A DNA stretch of 64,000 nucleotides from an uncultured Eubacteriales bacterium (GTDB taxonomy: Bacteria > Actinomycetota > Coriobacteriia > Coriobacteriales > Eggerthellaceae), in assembly GCA_963653545.1 (NCBI GenBank), contig CAVJWZ010000001.1:4759-68758 (forward strand), in the 5' to 3' direction. This document shows, one piece after another, positions 40,064 to 49,507 of this stretch (positions are counted from its first letter, which is position 1; each line of letters begins with the position of its first letter). The position numbers and the translations under genes were made by a program. The notes beneath the pieces were generated by a model. That model had not been told where the DNA came from and did no database searches. It saw only the letters and a list, made by a program, of their open reading frames with translations.

Positions 40064-41489
40064 ACCTAATGCCCTAAAAAACAATAATTCAAAATACGCA
40101 AGCTTTTTTGCTTGCGTATTTGCATTTCTCCTTACGTTTGCTTTGGTGCCGTCTACAGCTTTTGCTGAGGTAAAAAACACCGATGTGATTTTGGGGGAAA
40201 CAGTCGAATCACAAGGCTTTACTGTTGCCGATTGCCCCAATATCAATGCGCAATTTGCCTATGTGGTTTCAGAGGATGGAACGGTATATTTTGAGCGTTC
40301 GGCCTATAGCGAAACTCAAATTGCATCGGTCACTAAAATCATGACGGCGCTGGTGGCTCTTAAATATGGCGATCTTCAAAATTCAACTATCACCGTAAGC
40401 GAAAAAGCAGCAACCATTGGTGAGTCTTCTGCAAAACTTCAAACAGGAGACACTATGAATTTAGAAACTGCCTTGAAATGCTTAATGATTGTTTCCGGTA
40501 ACGATGCCGCTCAAGCTATTGCTGAATCAATTGGTAGTGAGGTTGGTAATAAATTAAAAGACGAGGGTGTTGAAAATGTTCCAAATGGAGCTTATGATGC
40601 CTTTGTTTTTGCCATGAACAAAACAGCGCAAGATTTAGGTATGAATAACACCGTATTCACTAACCCTCATGGTCTTGATGACGAGGAGTACGCTGGCAAT
40701 TTACACAGTTGCGCCCGCGACGTTTCGCTGATGTGTCAAGAGGCCATGAACTATTCGACTTTTAAAAATATTGTTGCCACCCATCAAACAACTACAACAA
40801 TTAAGCGTGAGGGCGAATCGGTAAATATTGATCTTGAATCGACCGATGAATTACTTGAAACATATGAAGGTGCCTGCGGTATTAAAACAGGATTTACCGA
40901 TTCTGCAGGGGCTTGTTTTGCTGGAGCGAGCAATAAGAATAACTCACTTCTTTATGCTATTGTTCTTCATTCTGATACTGAAGCTCAACGTTTTACCGAT
41001 GCACAAACATTATTTGATTGGGTCTATGACAACACCATTTCCTACCCGTTGGTTCACAGTTCTCAAACTACAACCTATCAAGATTCAGATGGAGCTTCTA
41101 TAACCGTACCTGTTGTTGCAGAGGTAGGCCACAAAGGCTGGGTTAATGAAACATTTAAAGCAACCATCGCCGATCCGAGTCAAAGCGTTGATGTATTCAA
41201 ACTCAAAGGTAACGTTAGCCAAAATGTTCAATTTGATGAGGTGTCTTCAGATGTACATTTTGGAGATAAAGTTGGAACTATTACCTTTATGCAGCATAAT
41301 GAAACCATTGCTAGCGTCGACTTAGTTGCTGCCGAAGACTGTCGAGGTCCTAATTTCATTGAAGGAATTGGTGTGTGGTGGGATAGACTATTCCGCGGTT
41401 TCTCGGGAGAGCAAAAAGAGGCTTCTTCGGTAGTGGTAAATCAAACACCTCTTATCTATGGAAGCGATTCAGCCTATCAGTCGCTTTAG
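40050..41489 (+). CDS. D-alanyl-D-alanine carboxypeptidase (peptidase S11, DacA-like)
   Basis: Signal-peptide-like N-terminus; SVTK (SxxK), SGN (SxN), NPHGL and KTG motifs. Start is uncertain. Confidence 0.9.
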   Translation: MLSIKPNALKNNNSKYASFFACVFAFLLTFALVPSTAFAEVKNTDVILGETVESQGFTVADCPNINAQFAYVVSEDGTVYFERSAYSETQIASVTKIMTALVALKYGDLQNSTITVSEKAATIGESSAKLQTGDTMNLETALKCLMIVSGNDAAQAIAESIGSEVGNKLKDEGVENVPNGAYDAFVFAMNKTAQDLGMNNTVFTNPHGLDDEEYAGNLHSCARDVSLMCQEAMNYSTFKNIVATHQTTTTIKREGESVNIDLESTDELLETYEGACGIKTGFTDSAGACFAGASNKNNSLLYAIVLHSDTEAQRFTDAQTLFDWVYDNTISYPLVHSSQTTTYQDSDGASITVPVVAEVGHKGWVNETFKATIADPSQSVDVFKLKGNVSQNVQFDEVSSDVHFGDKVGTITFMQHNETIASVDLVAAEDCRGPNFIEGIGVWWDRLFRGFSGEQKEASSVVVNQTPLIYGSDSAYQSL

Positions 41490-41518
41490 TGCTGTTGTAA
41501 GGACAAAAGGAGGCTTAT

Positions 41519-41953
41519 ATGACAACATGTCCTATATGCAAAAACCCTCTTGAAGATGATTCTAGTAGCTGTTCGGTTTGCGGTTATCGTTTTCATGATA
41601 CTACGCAAGAGTTTCAACCTGTTGAGTTAACTCCTCGTCCCGATAACGGAGAGCAGCACACTTCAAGCGTTGCTTCGTTGGTTGTTTGTTATGGAAAGCA
41701 AGAAGGTATTATCTACAAACTTGAAGGCGAATCCGCAAGCGTTGGACGTTCACCTCAATGTGATGTTTTTTTAAATGATATGACTGTTTCACGTGATCAT
41801 GCTGTTTTGGAAAAGATTGAAGGCGTTTGGACCATTAAAGATGCCGATTCCTTCAACGGCGTATGGGTAAACAATAAAAATGTTGACCATGTTGTTCTTC
41901 ACGATGGTGATCTTATCCAAATTGGCTGTTTTGTTTTGAAATTCAGCGCATAA
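41519..41953 (+). CDS. Zinc-ribbon + FHA domain protein (GarA/OdhI-like)
   Basis: CPIC...CSVC ribbon, DTTQEF linker and FHA core VGRS..CDVFLNDMTVSRDHA...SFNGVWVN. Confidence 0.88.
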   Translation: MTTCPICKNPLEDDSSSCSVCGYRFHDTTQEFQPVELTPRPDNGEQHTSSVASLVVCYGKQEGIIYKLEGESASVGRSPQCDVFLNDMTVSRDHAVLEKIEGVWTIKDADSFNGVWVNNKNVDHVVLHDGDLIQIGCFVLKFSA

Positions 41954-41996
41954 TGAAGTAAAGGCTTTGAGAATTAGCAAAAGGATGGATAAACAT

Positions 41997-43724
41997 ATGA
42001 AACTTCTTTCAGGAAATGAGGCTATTGCTCAAGGAGCCTGGGAGGCTGGATGTCATATTGGTGCAGCATATCCCGGCACACCTTCAACAGAAACCATGGA
42101 AGCTTTTGCTAAGTATCCTGAAGTTTATGCTGAATGGTGCCCCAATGAGAAAGTTGCTCTTGAGGTTGCCGTTGGTGCTTCGGCGGCAGGTGCTCGTGTT
42201 TTGGTAACCATGAAACATGTTGGTGTCAATGTTTGCGCCGACCCACTTTTTACTTCTGCATATACAGGAGTAAATGGGGGGCTGCTTGTTCTTGCTGCAG
42301 ATGATCCAGGAATGTTCTCATCGCAGGATGAACAAGACTCTCGCTATTATGCAATGGCGGCTCAAATTCCCATGTTTGAGCCATCTGATTCTAAGGAGGC
42401 TCTTCGGTATGCGCGAGAAGCCTATGATTTATCTGAGAAGTTTGATACTCCTTTTATGATTCGCTCAACGGTTCGCATTTCCCATACCAAAACTCCCGTA
42501 AAAACAGGGTTGCGTAGAGAAGTTCCAAAAAAGCCTTATGAAACTGATGCTGCAAAATGGGTAATGATGCCTGCTTTTGCTAAACCCCGCAGAAAAGTTT
42601 TAGTTAAACGCGCTGAAGAATTAAAAAGATGGGTTGAGTCGTGTTCTTATAATACGATAGAAATAAACGATCCTTCGGTTGGTATCATTTGCGCAGGGTC
42701 GGTTTATCAGCATGTTAAAGAAGCATGTCCAAGCGCTTCTATCTTTAAGCTTGGCATCGTTTGGCCCTTGCCTTCTGCTGCTCTTAAGAGTTTTGCTCAA
42801 AAAGTAGAAAAAGTTTATGTAGTTGAAGAGGCTTCCGTGTATCTTTCAGATGCCGTAAAAGCTTGTGGAATTACGCTTGATGAGTTTAGTATACCCTTGC
42901 CTCCTGATGGAGAAGTTCATCCTGAAGATATCCGCCGTTCATTACATATGCCGCTGCCACAACACCATAACCAATTGACCGATATACCATCTCGTCCACC
43001 CGCTTTGTGTCCAGGATGTCCACATCGACTTGTATTTAAAGAGCTTTCGCGTCTTAAAGCTATTGTTACAGGTGATATAGGTTGTTATACCCTAGGAGCT
43101 CTTCCGCCTCTTAATGGAATTGATACCTGCCTTGATATGGGCGCTTCAATTTCAATGGCTCATGGATTTGAGCTTGCCCTTGGTACAGAAAAAAAACGGC
43201 CAGTAGTCGCTGTGATAGGAGATTCAACCTTTGCTCATTCAGGTTTATCGTCTCTGGTTAATACTGTTTACAACAAAGGGGCGGGAACGGTTTGTATTCT
43301 TGACAATCGAACGACCGCAATGACTGGTCAGCAGGGTAATCCCTTCAATGGTATAACCTTGCAGCATCGCGAAAGTTGCGAACTTAACTTACCTGCTATT
43401 CTTGCAGCTCTTGGTATACGCCATGTTCAAACGGTTGATCCTTTTGACATGAAGGCTGTTCGGAGCGCGCTTGTGCAAGCAACAAAGCGCAATGAACTTG
43501 ACGTAATTGTCTTTCAAGGACCATGTGTTCTTTTAGATAAATCACCCAAACCTCAATGTTTCGTCAATGAGAAGTGCACGGCATGCGGTGTTTGTAAAAC
43601 GCTTGGGTGCCCCGCCATTGCTTCTGATCCCGATACGGGGATTTCTTCTATTGATCCTGATCTTTGCATTGGATGCAACCAGTGTGTTCAGTATTGCCGT
43701 TATCATGCCATTGAGTTTAAGTAG
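41997..43724 (+). CDS. iorA: Indolepyruvate:ferredoxin oxidoreductase subunit alpha
   Basis: GNEAIA, YPGTPSTE, NEKVALE, MKHVG, CPGCPH, GDIGCY, GDSTF and DNRTTAMTG motifs plus two C-terminal Fe-S motifs. Confidence 0.94.
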   Translation: MKLLSGNEAIAQGAWEAGCHIGAAYPGTPSTETMEAFAKYPEVYAEWCPNEKVALEVAVGASAAGARVLVTMKHVGVNVCADPLFTSAYTGVNGGLLVLAADDPGMFSSQDEQDSRYYAMAAQIPMFEPSDSKEALRYAREAYDLSEKFDTPFMIRSTVRISHTKTPVKTGLRREVPKKPYETDAAKWVMMPAFAKPRRKVLVKRAEELKRWVESCSYNTIEINDPSVGIICAGSVYQHVKEACPSASIFKLGIVWPLPSAALKSFAQKVEKVYVVEEASVYLSDAVKACGITLDEFSIPLPPDGEVHPEDIRRSLHMPLPQHHNQLTDIPSRPPALCPGCPHRLVFKELSRLKAIVTGDIGCYTLGALPPLNGIDTCLDMGASISMAHGFELALGTEKKRPVVAVIGDSTFAHSGLSSLVNTVYNKGAGTVCILDNRTTAMTGQQGNPFNGITLQHRESCELNLPAILAALGIRHVQTVDPFDMKAVRSALVQATKRNELDVIVFQGPCVLLDKSPKPQCFVNEKCTACGVCKTLGCPAIASDPDTGISSIDPDLCIGCNQCVQYCRYHAIEFK

Positions 43725-43734
43725 GGGATTATCA

Positions 43735-44325
43735 ATGACAAAGGAAAATCAAGTTTTTACCATTCTTCTTTGCGGTGTTGGTGGTCAGGGAACTATCACT
43801 GCTGCTGACCTTCTTGCTCGTGTTGCAACTGAGGCAGGAAAAGACTGTAAAGTTTCTGAAATTCATGGCATGGCCCAGCGCGGAGGCGCGGTTACAACAG
43901 TCGTTCGTTTTGGTGATGTTGTTTCTACCATGGTGTGTGATCATGGCGCCGCCGACAATATTGTTTCTTTTGAAACCACCGAAGCACTTCGTAATATCGA
44001 CTTTCTTAAATGCGATGGCGTTTTAGTTGTCAATGATGAAGAAATCAAGCCTCTTCCTGTGCTTACCGGCAAAGATTCCATGCCTTCTCATGCACGCCAG
44101 CGACTTATCGATATGGGAGCAACCCTTATACCAGCAAGCGCAATCGCGCGCGATGCAGGTACCGCAAAATGTGCAAACGTTGTATTATTGGGAGCGTTGG
44201 CACCAACATTGCCATTTGATTTAAAACTTTGGGAAAAAGTTATTGCTGCCAATGTTCCGCAAAAAACGATAGATATAAATATTGAAGCCTTTAGAAAAGG
44301 CGCTGCTTATACCGAAGGAGCATAA
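43735..44325 (+). CDS. iorB: Indolepyruvate:ferredoxin oxidoreductase subunit beta
   Basis: GVGGQG, SEIHGMAQRGG, ANVVLLG and N.EAF..G motifs. Start 43735. Confidence 0.93.
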   Translation: MTKENQVFTILLCGVGGQGTITAADLLARVATEAGKDCKVSEIHGMAQRGGAVTTVVRFGDVVSTMVCDHGAADNIVSFETTEALRNIDFLKCDGVLVVNDEEIKPLPVLTGKDSMPSHARQRLIDMGATLIPASAIARDAGTAKCANVVLLGALAPTLPFDLKLWEKVIAANVPQKTIDINIEAFRKGAAYTEGA

Positions 44326-44326
44326 G

Positions 44327-44737
44327 ATGGCTGTTCAACAAATTAGCGTTTTTATTCAAAGTCAACCTGGTCATCTCAAGCGCATCCTTGATTCTTTCGT
44401 AGAATATGATGTTAACGTACGAGGCTATAGCTGCTCTGATACAGGGGACTATGGCATTGTGCGATTTGTGGTTGATGATCCTGACAAAGCTATGGAAGTT
44501 TTAAAAAATCAAGGAGCAGCTGCCACATTAACTGAAATTCTTTGCTTGAAGCTCAACGACACTCCTGGGGAGTTAGCTCGTGTTTTTGGGGTATTGAGCA
44601 AATTGGATATGAATATCAAGTATAGTTATTCATTGATTTCTACTTATATTGCTCTGTCAGTTGATGATATTGCCCGTGCAGAAGAAGCGCTAAAAAATCA
44701 ACCAGTAGAGCTTATTACTCAAGACTTTCTTAAATAA
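44327..44737 (+). CDS. Tandem-ACT domain protein, copy 2
   Basis: QQISVFI...PG.L, SDTGDYGIVR and D.PGEL.....NIKY patterns. Start after AAGGAG. Confidence 0.88.
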   Translation: MAVQQISVFIQSQPGHLKRILDSFVEYDVNVRGYSCSDTGDYGIVRFVVDDPDKAMEVLKNQGAAATLTEILCLKLNDTPGELARVFGVLSKLDMNIKYSYSLISTYIALSVDDIARAEEALKNQPVELITQDFLK

Positions 44738-44745
44738 CACTATCC

Positions 44746-46080
44746 ATGAATGAGAAGATTATGCATACTACACCTGATAATCCAATGTACCAACCCGAAA
44801 TCGAAACCGCCTCGCGCGAAGCTATTCGAGCCCTGCAACTTGAAAAACTTCAAAAACAAGTTGCGTGGACCTATGATCGCGTTGCATGGTATCGCGAAAA
44901 AATGGACGCTATGGGCACTAAACCTTCTGACATCAAAACACTCGAAGACGTTCGTAAGCTTCCTTTTACTGACAAATCGGTTTTACGCGATACGTTTCCC
45001 TTTGGATTATTTGCTATTCCGTTAGATGACGTGGTAAGACTCCATGCTTCTTCTGGAACTACTGGAAAGCCTATTGTTGTAGGATATAACAATCATGATC
45101 TTGATGTATGGCGTGATTGTATTGCGCGCCTTGCTCAAATGGCTGGAGTTGTTTCAAGCGATCGGGTTCAGATGGCATTTGGTTACGGTATGTTCACAGG
45201 AGGTTTTGGTCTTCATTATGGGTGTGAACATCTAGGTTGTATGGTTATTCCTGCTGGCTCTGGCAATACCGCACGTCACCTCACCATGATTGAGGATTAT
45301 AAATCAACCGTTTTAATTGCAACTCCATCGTATGCTATGCATATGTGCGAATTTGGAGAGAAACAAGGGTTTGATTGGGAGAATTCATCATTGCGTATTG
45401 GTCTGTTTGGAGGGGAGCCTTGCCCTCCAGCATTAAAGCAAGAAATCGAATCTCGCATGCATATTACCTGCACCGATAATTATGGTCTTACCGAAGTTAT
45501 GGGTCCGGGTGTTTCAGGGGAATGTTTATTCTCTCGTGATATGCAGCATATTGCCGAGGATCATTTTCTTTGGGAGGTAATTGATCCAAAAACTGGTGAA
45601 CCTGTTCCTGAAGGAACTCCGGGTGAATTGGTTCTTACGCCTCTTGATAAACAAGCATTTCCGGTACTTCGCTATCGAACACATGATCTTACGAGTGTTA
45701 TTACACAACCTTGCGCATGTGGTAGAACCCATGCCCGCATGAAAAAGGTTCGCACGCGCACCGATGATATGCTTATCATTCGCGGTACCAATGTTTTCCC
45801 TTCTCAGGTAGAAGATATTCTTGCCAAAATCGATGGCGTTAGCCCTCACTATCGCATTGAAGTTGATAACGAGACCGGCCTTGATCGTATGACTATTATG
45901 GTTGAGCTTCTCCCTGAGGCTTTTAGCGATTCCTACGAAGAGATGAATGCTTTCAAGAAAAAGATTGCTCATACCCTAAAACAAACCATGCTAGTTGCTT
46001 CCGAGGTAAAACTCATAGAACCAGGCGGCATTGAACGTAGTTTTGGGAAAACTAAGCATGTTACCGATCTCAGAAAATAG
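44746..46080 (+). CDS. paaK: Phenylacetate(aryl-acetate)--CoA ligase, copy 2
   Basis: RLHASSGTTG, FGYGMFTGGFG, YGLTEVMGPGV, RYRTHD and RTDDMLIIRGTNVFPSQVE motifs. Confidence 0.92.
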   Translation: MNEKIMHTTPDNPMYQPEIETASREAIRALQLEKLQKQVAWTYDRVAWYREKMDAMGTKPSDIKTLEDVRKLPFTDKSVLRDTFPFGLFAIPLDDVVRLHASSGTTGKPIVVGYNNHDLDVWRDCIARLAQMAGVVSSDRVQMAFGYGMFTGGFGLHYGCEHLGCMVIPAGSGNTARHLTMIEDYKSTVLIATPSYAMHMCEFGEKQGFDWENSSLRIGLFGGEPCPPALKQEIESRMHITCTDNYGLTEVMGPGVSGECLFSRDMQHIAEDHFLWEVIDPKTGEPVPEGTPGELVLTPLDKQAFPVLRYRTHDLTSVITQPCACGRTHARMKKVRTRTDDMLIIRGTNVFPSQVEDILAKIDGVSPHYRIEVDNETGLDRMTIMVELLPEAFSDSYEEMNAFKKKIAHTLKQTMLVASEVKLIEPGGIERSFGKTKHVTDLRK

Positions 46081-46096
46081 GCGATTTTGCTCTACG

Positions 46097-47035
46097 TTGT
46101 CTGAAAAACTAGACACACCAATTCGACCTGAAGTTGTTGGGCGATATGCGCCAAGCCCTTCAGGTCGAATGCATTTAGGAAATATTTTTTCGTTTCTTGT
46201 ATCGTATTTGTATATCAAGCAGCAGCATGGACACATGGTTCTTCGCATTGAAGATCTTGATCCTTCTCGATCAAAACAAGCATACATAGATCAAATATTG
46301 AGAGATTTAGAATGGTTTGGTTTTGATTGGGTAGGGGATATTGTTTATCAAAGCGAGCGCTCAGAAGCATATCGAGAGGCATTTAAGAGTCTTGATGCCC
46401 GAGAGTTGGTTTATCCTTGTTTTTGCAGCCGGGCTGATTTGCATAGTGCCCAGGCTCCACACTGGGGTGAAGAATATCCCTATCAAGGAACTTGCAAGGC
46501 TCTTTCTCAAGAAGAAATTAAAGAAAAATCTTCTCTGAGTTCGGCTGCTTTTCGCCTTATAGTTCCTGATAAAGCAATAGAGGTAAGCGACCTATTTCAG
46601 GGCACGTTTCGACAAAATCTTATGTATGAATGCGGAGATTTTGTCGTTAGACGCAAAGATGGAACATTTGCTTATCAGCTTGCTGTGGTTTTAGATGATT
46701 ATTACCAGGGCGTAACTACGGTCATTCGCGGTATTGATTTGTTAAGCTCAAGCCCACGCCAACGCTATCTTCAGAGTTTACTTAATCTTCCTTTTGTAAC
46801 TTATGGTCATGTACCAATTATTAGTGATGAAAAAGGAAGAAGACTTTCTAAAAGAAACAATGATATTTCGCTCGATGTTCTACAAGATCAGGGATATAGC
46901 GCTCATGAGATATTGGGCATATTAAGCTATAAGACGGGCATTATCCCCAAAGCGGAAGCTCTATCACTTGACGAGTTAGTGCAGGTAGCGGATTTATCTC
47001 GGCTAACCAATAAAAAAGTGTTTGTCCTAAGCTGA
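46097..47035 (+). CDS. gluQ: Glutamyl-Q tRNA(Asp) synthetase
   Basis: RYAPSPSG.MHLGN, LRIEDLD, YPCFCSR, YQLAVV.DD and LSKR motifs; lacks the anticodon-binding domain. Start is uncertain (46058 or 46097). Confidence 0.9.
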   Translation: MSEKLDTPIRPEVVGRYAPSPSGRMHLGNIFSFLVSYLYIKQQHGHMVLRIEDLDPSRSKQAYIDQILRDLEWFGFDWVGDIVYQSERSEAYREAFKSLDARELVYPCFCSRADLHSAQAPHWGEEYPYQGTCKALSQEEIKEKSSLSSAAFRLIVPDKAIEVSDLFQGTFRQNLMYECGDFVVRRKDGTFAYQLAVVLDDYYQGVTTVIRGIDLLSSSPRQRYLQSLLNLPFVTYGHVPIISDEKGRRLSKRNNDISLDVLQDQGYSAHEILGILSYKTGIIPKAEALSLDELVQVADLSRLTNKKVFVLS

Positions 47036-47040
47036 GCGTT

Positions 47041-47985
47041 CTATAGCCATACTACAGAGTTGTGCGTAAGTATAGCTATGCAATAAAACGCCGCAATCAT
47101 CACATTAAGCATTACGATTTGCGACATGGCAGCATCACGTGATTGTAAAATAAGGGGGTTTTTAAAAAGTGCACGAGCTGGTGGAAAAATTCCGATTATC
47201 ATAAAAATCATGATAGGAAGACCTTTGGTATAAAAAATCCCCACCAATGCAAACGTCAACGCAATCCAAACAATAATCATCAGCTTATATACGTTAACAG
47301 CTTCGGTTCTTCCTAATAATACCGCGAGAGTATTTCTTTTTGCTTCGATGTCTTTTTCTCTGTCACAGGTATTGTTCGTTGCAAGAATCATGCCTATACC
47401 AAGTGCCAGGGGGAGGCTTATAAGCACAATAAAAAAGTCTAAAACACCTGATAAAACATAGGTACAAGCTAAGGGAATTAAAACTCCCATCACAATTCCA
47501 CTTACTACCTCGCCGATAGGAAGATAGGAAATAGGTGTTTTGCCCCCCGAATATATAACAACTATTAAAGCTCCAACAATTCCAATAGCAAGAGGGATCC
47601 AATCAGTACAATAAACGATATATATACCAAGCACCCCAGCGCATACTAAGTATCCAACAGCGAGAGCAAAAACCGATTTTGGATTGAGATTGTTGTAAAC
47701 AAGAACAGCATCAAAAGCATCGTCAGAAGAATTGGCTAACGAATCAGTGCCTTTTTTGAAGTCAAAATAATCGTTGAATACATTGACTGATGATTGCATG
47801 AAGAGGCATATCAAAAGCAACACCAACAAAAGAGCAAGGTTTATGTGACCAGAATACTGAACCGCCGTATAGATTACCGATAACATAACGCCTACAAAAG
47901 CAGCGGTCCAGGTATGCGGAGCGGCCAATTGCCAAGCAAGTTTAGGAGTAAGGGGAGAGAATCCTTTATTGTATTGAGTAGTCAC
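47041..47985 (-). CDS. menA: 1,4-dihydroxy-2-naphthoate polyprenyltransferase (UbiA family)
   Basis: NVFNDYFDFKKGTD, YSGG..PISY..IGE and NN.CD...D....RNTL motifs; about 9 TM helices. Confidence 0.85.
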   Translation of the reverse strand: MTTQYNKGFSPLTPKLAWQLAAPHTWTAAFVGVMLSVIYTAVQYSGHINLALLLVLLLICLFMQSSVNVFNDYFDFKKGTDSLANSSDDAFDAVLVYNNLNPKSVFALAVGYLVCAGVLGIYIVYCTDWIPLAIGIVGALIVVIYSGGKTPISYLPIGEVVSGIVMGVLIPLACTYVLSGVLDFFIVLISLPLALGIGMILATNNTCDREKDIEAKRNTLAVLLGRTEAVNVYKLMIIVWIALTFALVGIFYTKGLPIMIFMIIGIFPPARALFKNPLILQSRDAAMSQIVMLNVMIAAFYCIAILTHNSVVWL

Positions 47986-48092
47986 GATGATCCATTTTCT
48001 TTATATTGTTTGATAAAAATTGTATTTATAATTATACGAAGTAACTAAAAAAAGAGAACGGAATAAATAACTCTACTTGGTTTTTAAAGGAG

Positions 48093-48539
48093 ATGGGCTT
48101 CATGCCTAAGGCAACAAAAATTACCGTACGATACGCCGAAACTGACAAGATGGGTGTTGTGTATCACGCGAACTATCTTGTTTGGTTTGATATAGCAAGA
48201 ACGGAATTTTTACAAGACCTTGGTTTTCCTTACGACAAAATTGAAGAGCAAGGTTATATGGCTCCCGTATTAGAAGCACACGTAAATTATGGGCAATCTT
48301 TCACTTTTGGCGATGAGGCATTGGTGTTTGTTTATATAACTAAATTAACACCTGTTAAAGCAGAGTATTCTTATAAAGTTTATAAAGAAGGTGACGATCT
48401 ACAGGGTAAGCCACGACTTACCGGTTCAACGCTGCATTGTTTAGTAAGATCGGATACCTTTAAGCCGGTAAATCAGAAAAAGGCTTTGCCAGAACTTTAT
48501 GCTACCTATCAAGATGTCATGACAAAAGAGGTTTTTTAA
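48093..48539 (+). CDS. Acyl-CoA thioesterase (4HBT/YbgC hot-dog fold)
   Basis: VRYAETDKMGVVYHANYLVWFD.AR motif. Confidence 0.92.
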   Translation: MGFMPKATKITVRYAETDKMGVVYHANYLVWFDIARTEFLQDLGFPYDKIEEQGYMAPVLEAHVNYGQSFTFGDEALVFVYITKLTPVKAEYSYKVYKEGDDLQGKPRLTGSTLHCLVRSDTFKPVNQKKALPELYATYQDVMTKEVF

Positions 48540-48583
48540 AGGGGATGAACCAAGCTATTTAGGATGTCGCTTGTTTATTTCTA

Positions 48584-48611
48584 GGTTTACATAAGATATA
48601 TTATCAACGTT
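48584..48611 (-). other. dif-like chromosome dimer resolution site (XerCD)
   Basis: Minus strand reads AACGTTGATAA-TATATC-TTATGTAAACC (11-6-11). The right arm matches the XerD arm TTATGT(T/A)AA; the site is intergenic and lies at the gene-orientation switch. Confidence 0.82.
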
Positions 48612-48615
48612 TTGG

Positions 48616-49062
48616 CTATGATCGGCTGGAAACGCCACTACTGCCAAAACCTCCCAGACCGCGCTTGGTTGAATCAAGAATATCTACTTGATCAAAAGAA
48701 ACCTCTTCGATTTTTTGAATAACAAGTTGAGCTATGCGATCTCCAACATGAATTGTTATTGGTGTTATAGGATCAAGATTTATTGCAATAACCTTTAGCT
48801 CACCACGGTAATTACTGTCTATAAGTCCCGGTGTATTTACCAGTGACAAACCTTGTTTGACGGCCAGTCCGCTTCTAGGGACCACAAAGCCAGCATAACC
48901 TTCAGGAATAGCAATTGCTATTCCTGTGGCAATGAGAGATCTTTCAAAAGGTGCAAGTTTTAATTCTTCAACAGAGCATAAATCATAACCCGCATCGCCC
49001 TTATAAGCATTTTGAGGAATGGTAGCTTTATTGTTGAGTGCCACGATAGGTATGTTAATCAT
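48616..49062 (-). CDS. dut: dUTP diphosphatase
   Basis: AGYDL, PRSGLA, GLIDSNYRGE, GDRIAQL and RGLGGFGSSG motifs. Confidence 0.97.
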   Translation of the reverse strand: MINIPIVALNNKATIPQNAYKGDAGYDLCSVEELKLAPFERSLIATGIAIAIPEGYAGFVVPRSGLAVKQGLSLVNTPGLIDSNYRGELKVIAINLDPITPITIHVGDRIAQLVIQKIEEVSFDQVDILDSTKRGLGGFGSSGVSSRS

Positions 49063-49507
49063 GATGCATACCTTTAAGAGCGGCTTTAAATTCTTCTACG
49101 TTTTTAAAATCCTTATAAACACTCGCGAAACGAATATAAGCAACTTCGTCTAATGCACCAAGCTTCTCTAAGACTTTATTGCCAAGATCTTTAGAAGAAA
49201 TTTCATTCTTTGGCATACTTCTTAATTCGTTTTCAATAGAGTCAATCAACGAGGTGATTTGGTCAGAAGATATTGGTCGTTTTGCACAAGCAATTAAGAG
49301 ACCTCTAAAAAGTTTCTTTCTATCATAAGCTTCTGATGAGCCATCGGATTTAATGACAACAAGCGGGTTGTCACCAGGACGTTCATACGTTGTAAAACGA
49401 GTCGAACATGCAAGACATTCGCGTCTTCTACGGATAAAAGAACCATCATCAGCAGGACGAGAATCTACTACTTTTGACTCAAGACAACCACATGCTGGGC
49501 AACGCAT
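49055..49507 (-). CDS. nrdR: Transcriptional repressor NrdR
   Basis: MRCPAC, VVDSR, IRRRRECLAC..RFTTYE, ATP-cone and VAYIRFASVY motifs. Start 49507 after AAAGGAG. Confidence 0.97.
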   Translation of the reverse strand: MRCPACGCLESKVVDSRPADDGSFIRRRRECLACSTRFTTYERPGDNPLVVIKSDGSSEAYDRKKLFRGLLIACAKRPISSDQITSLIDSIENELRSMPKNEISSKDLGNKVLEKLGALDEVAYIRFASVYKDFKNVEEFKAALKGMHHD

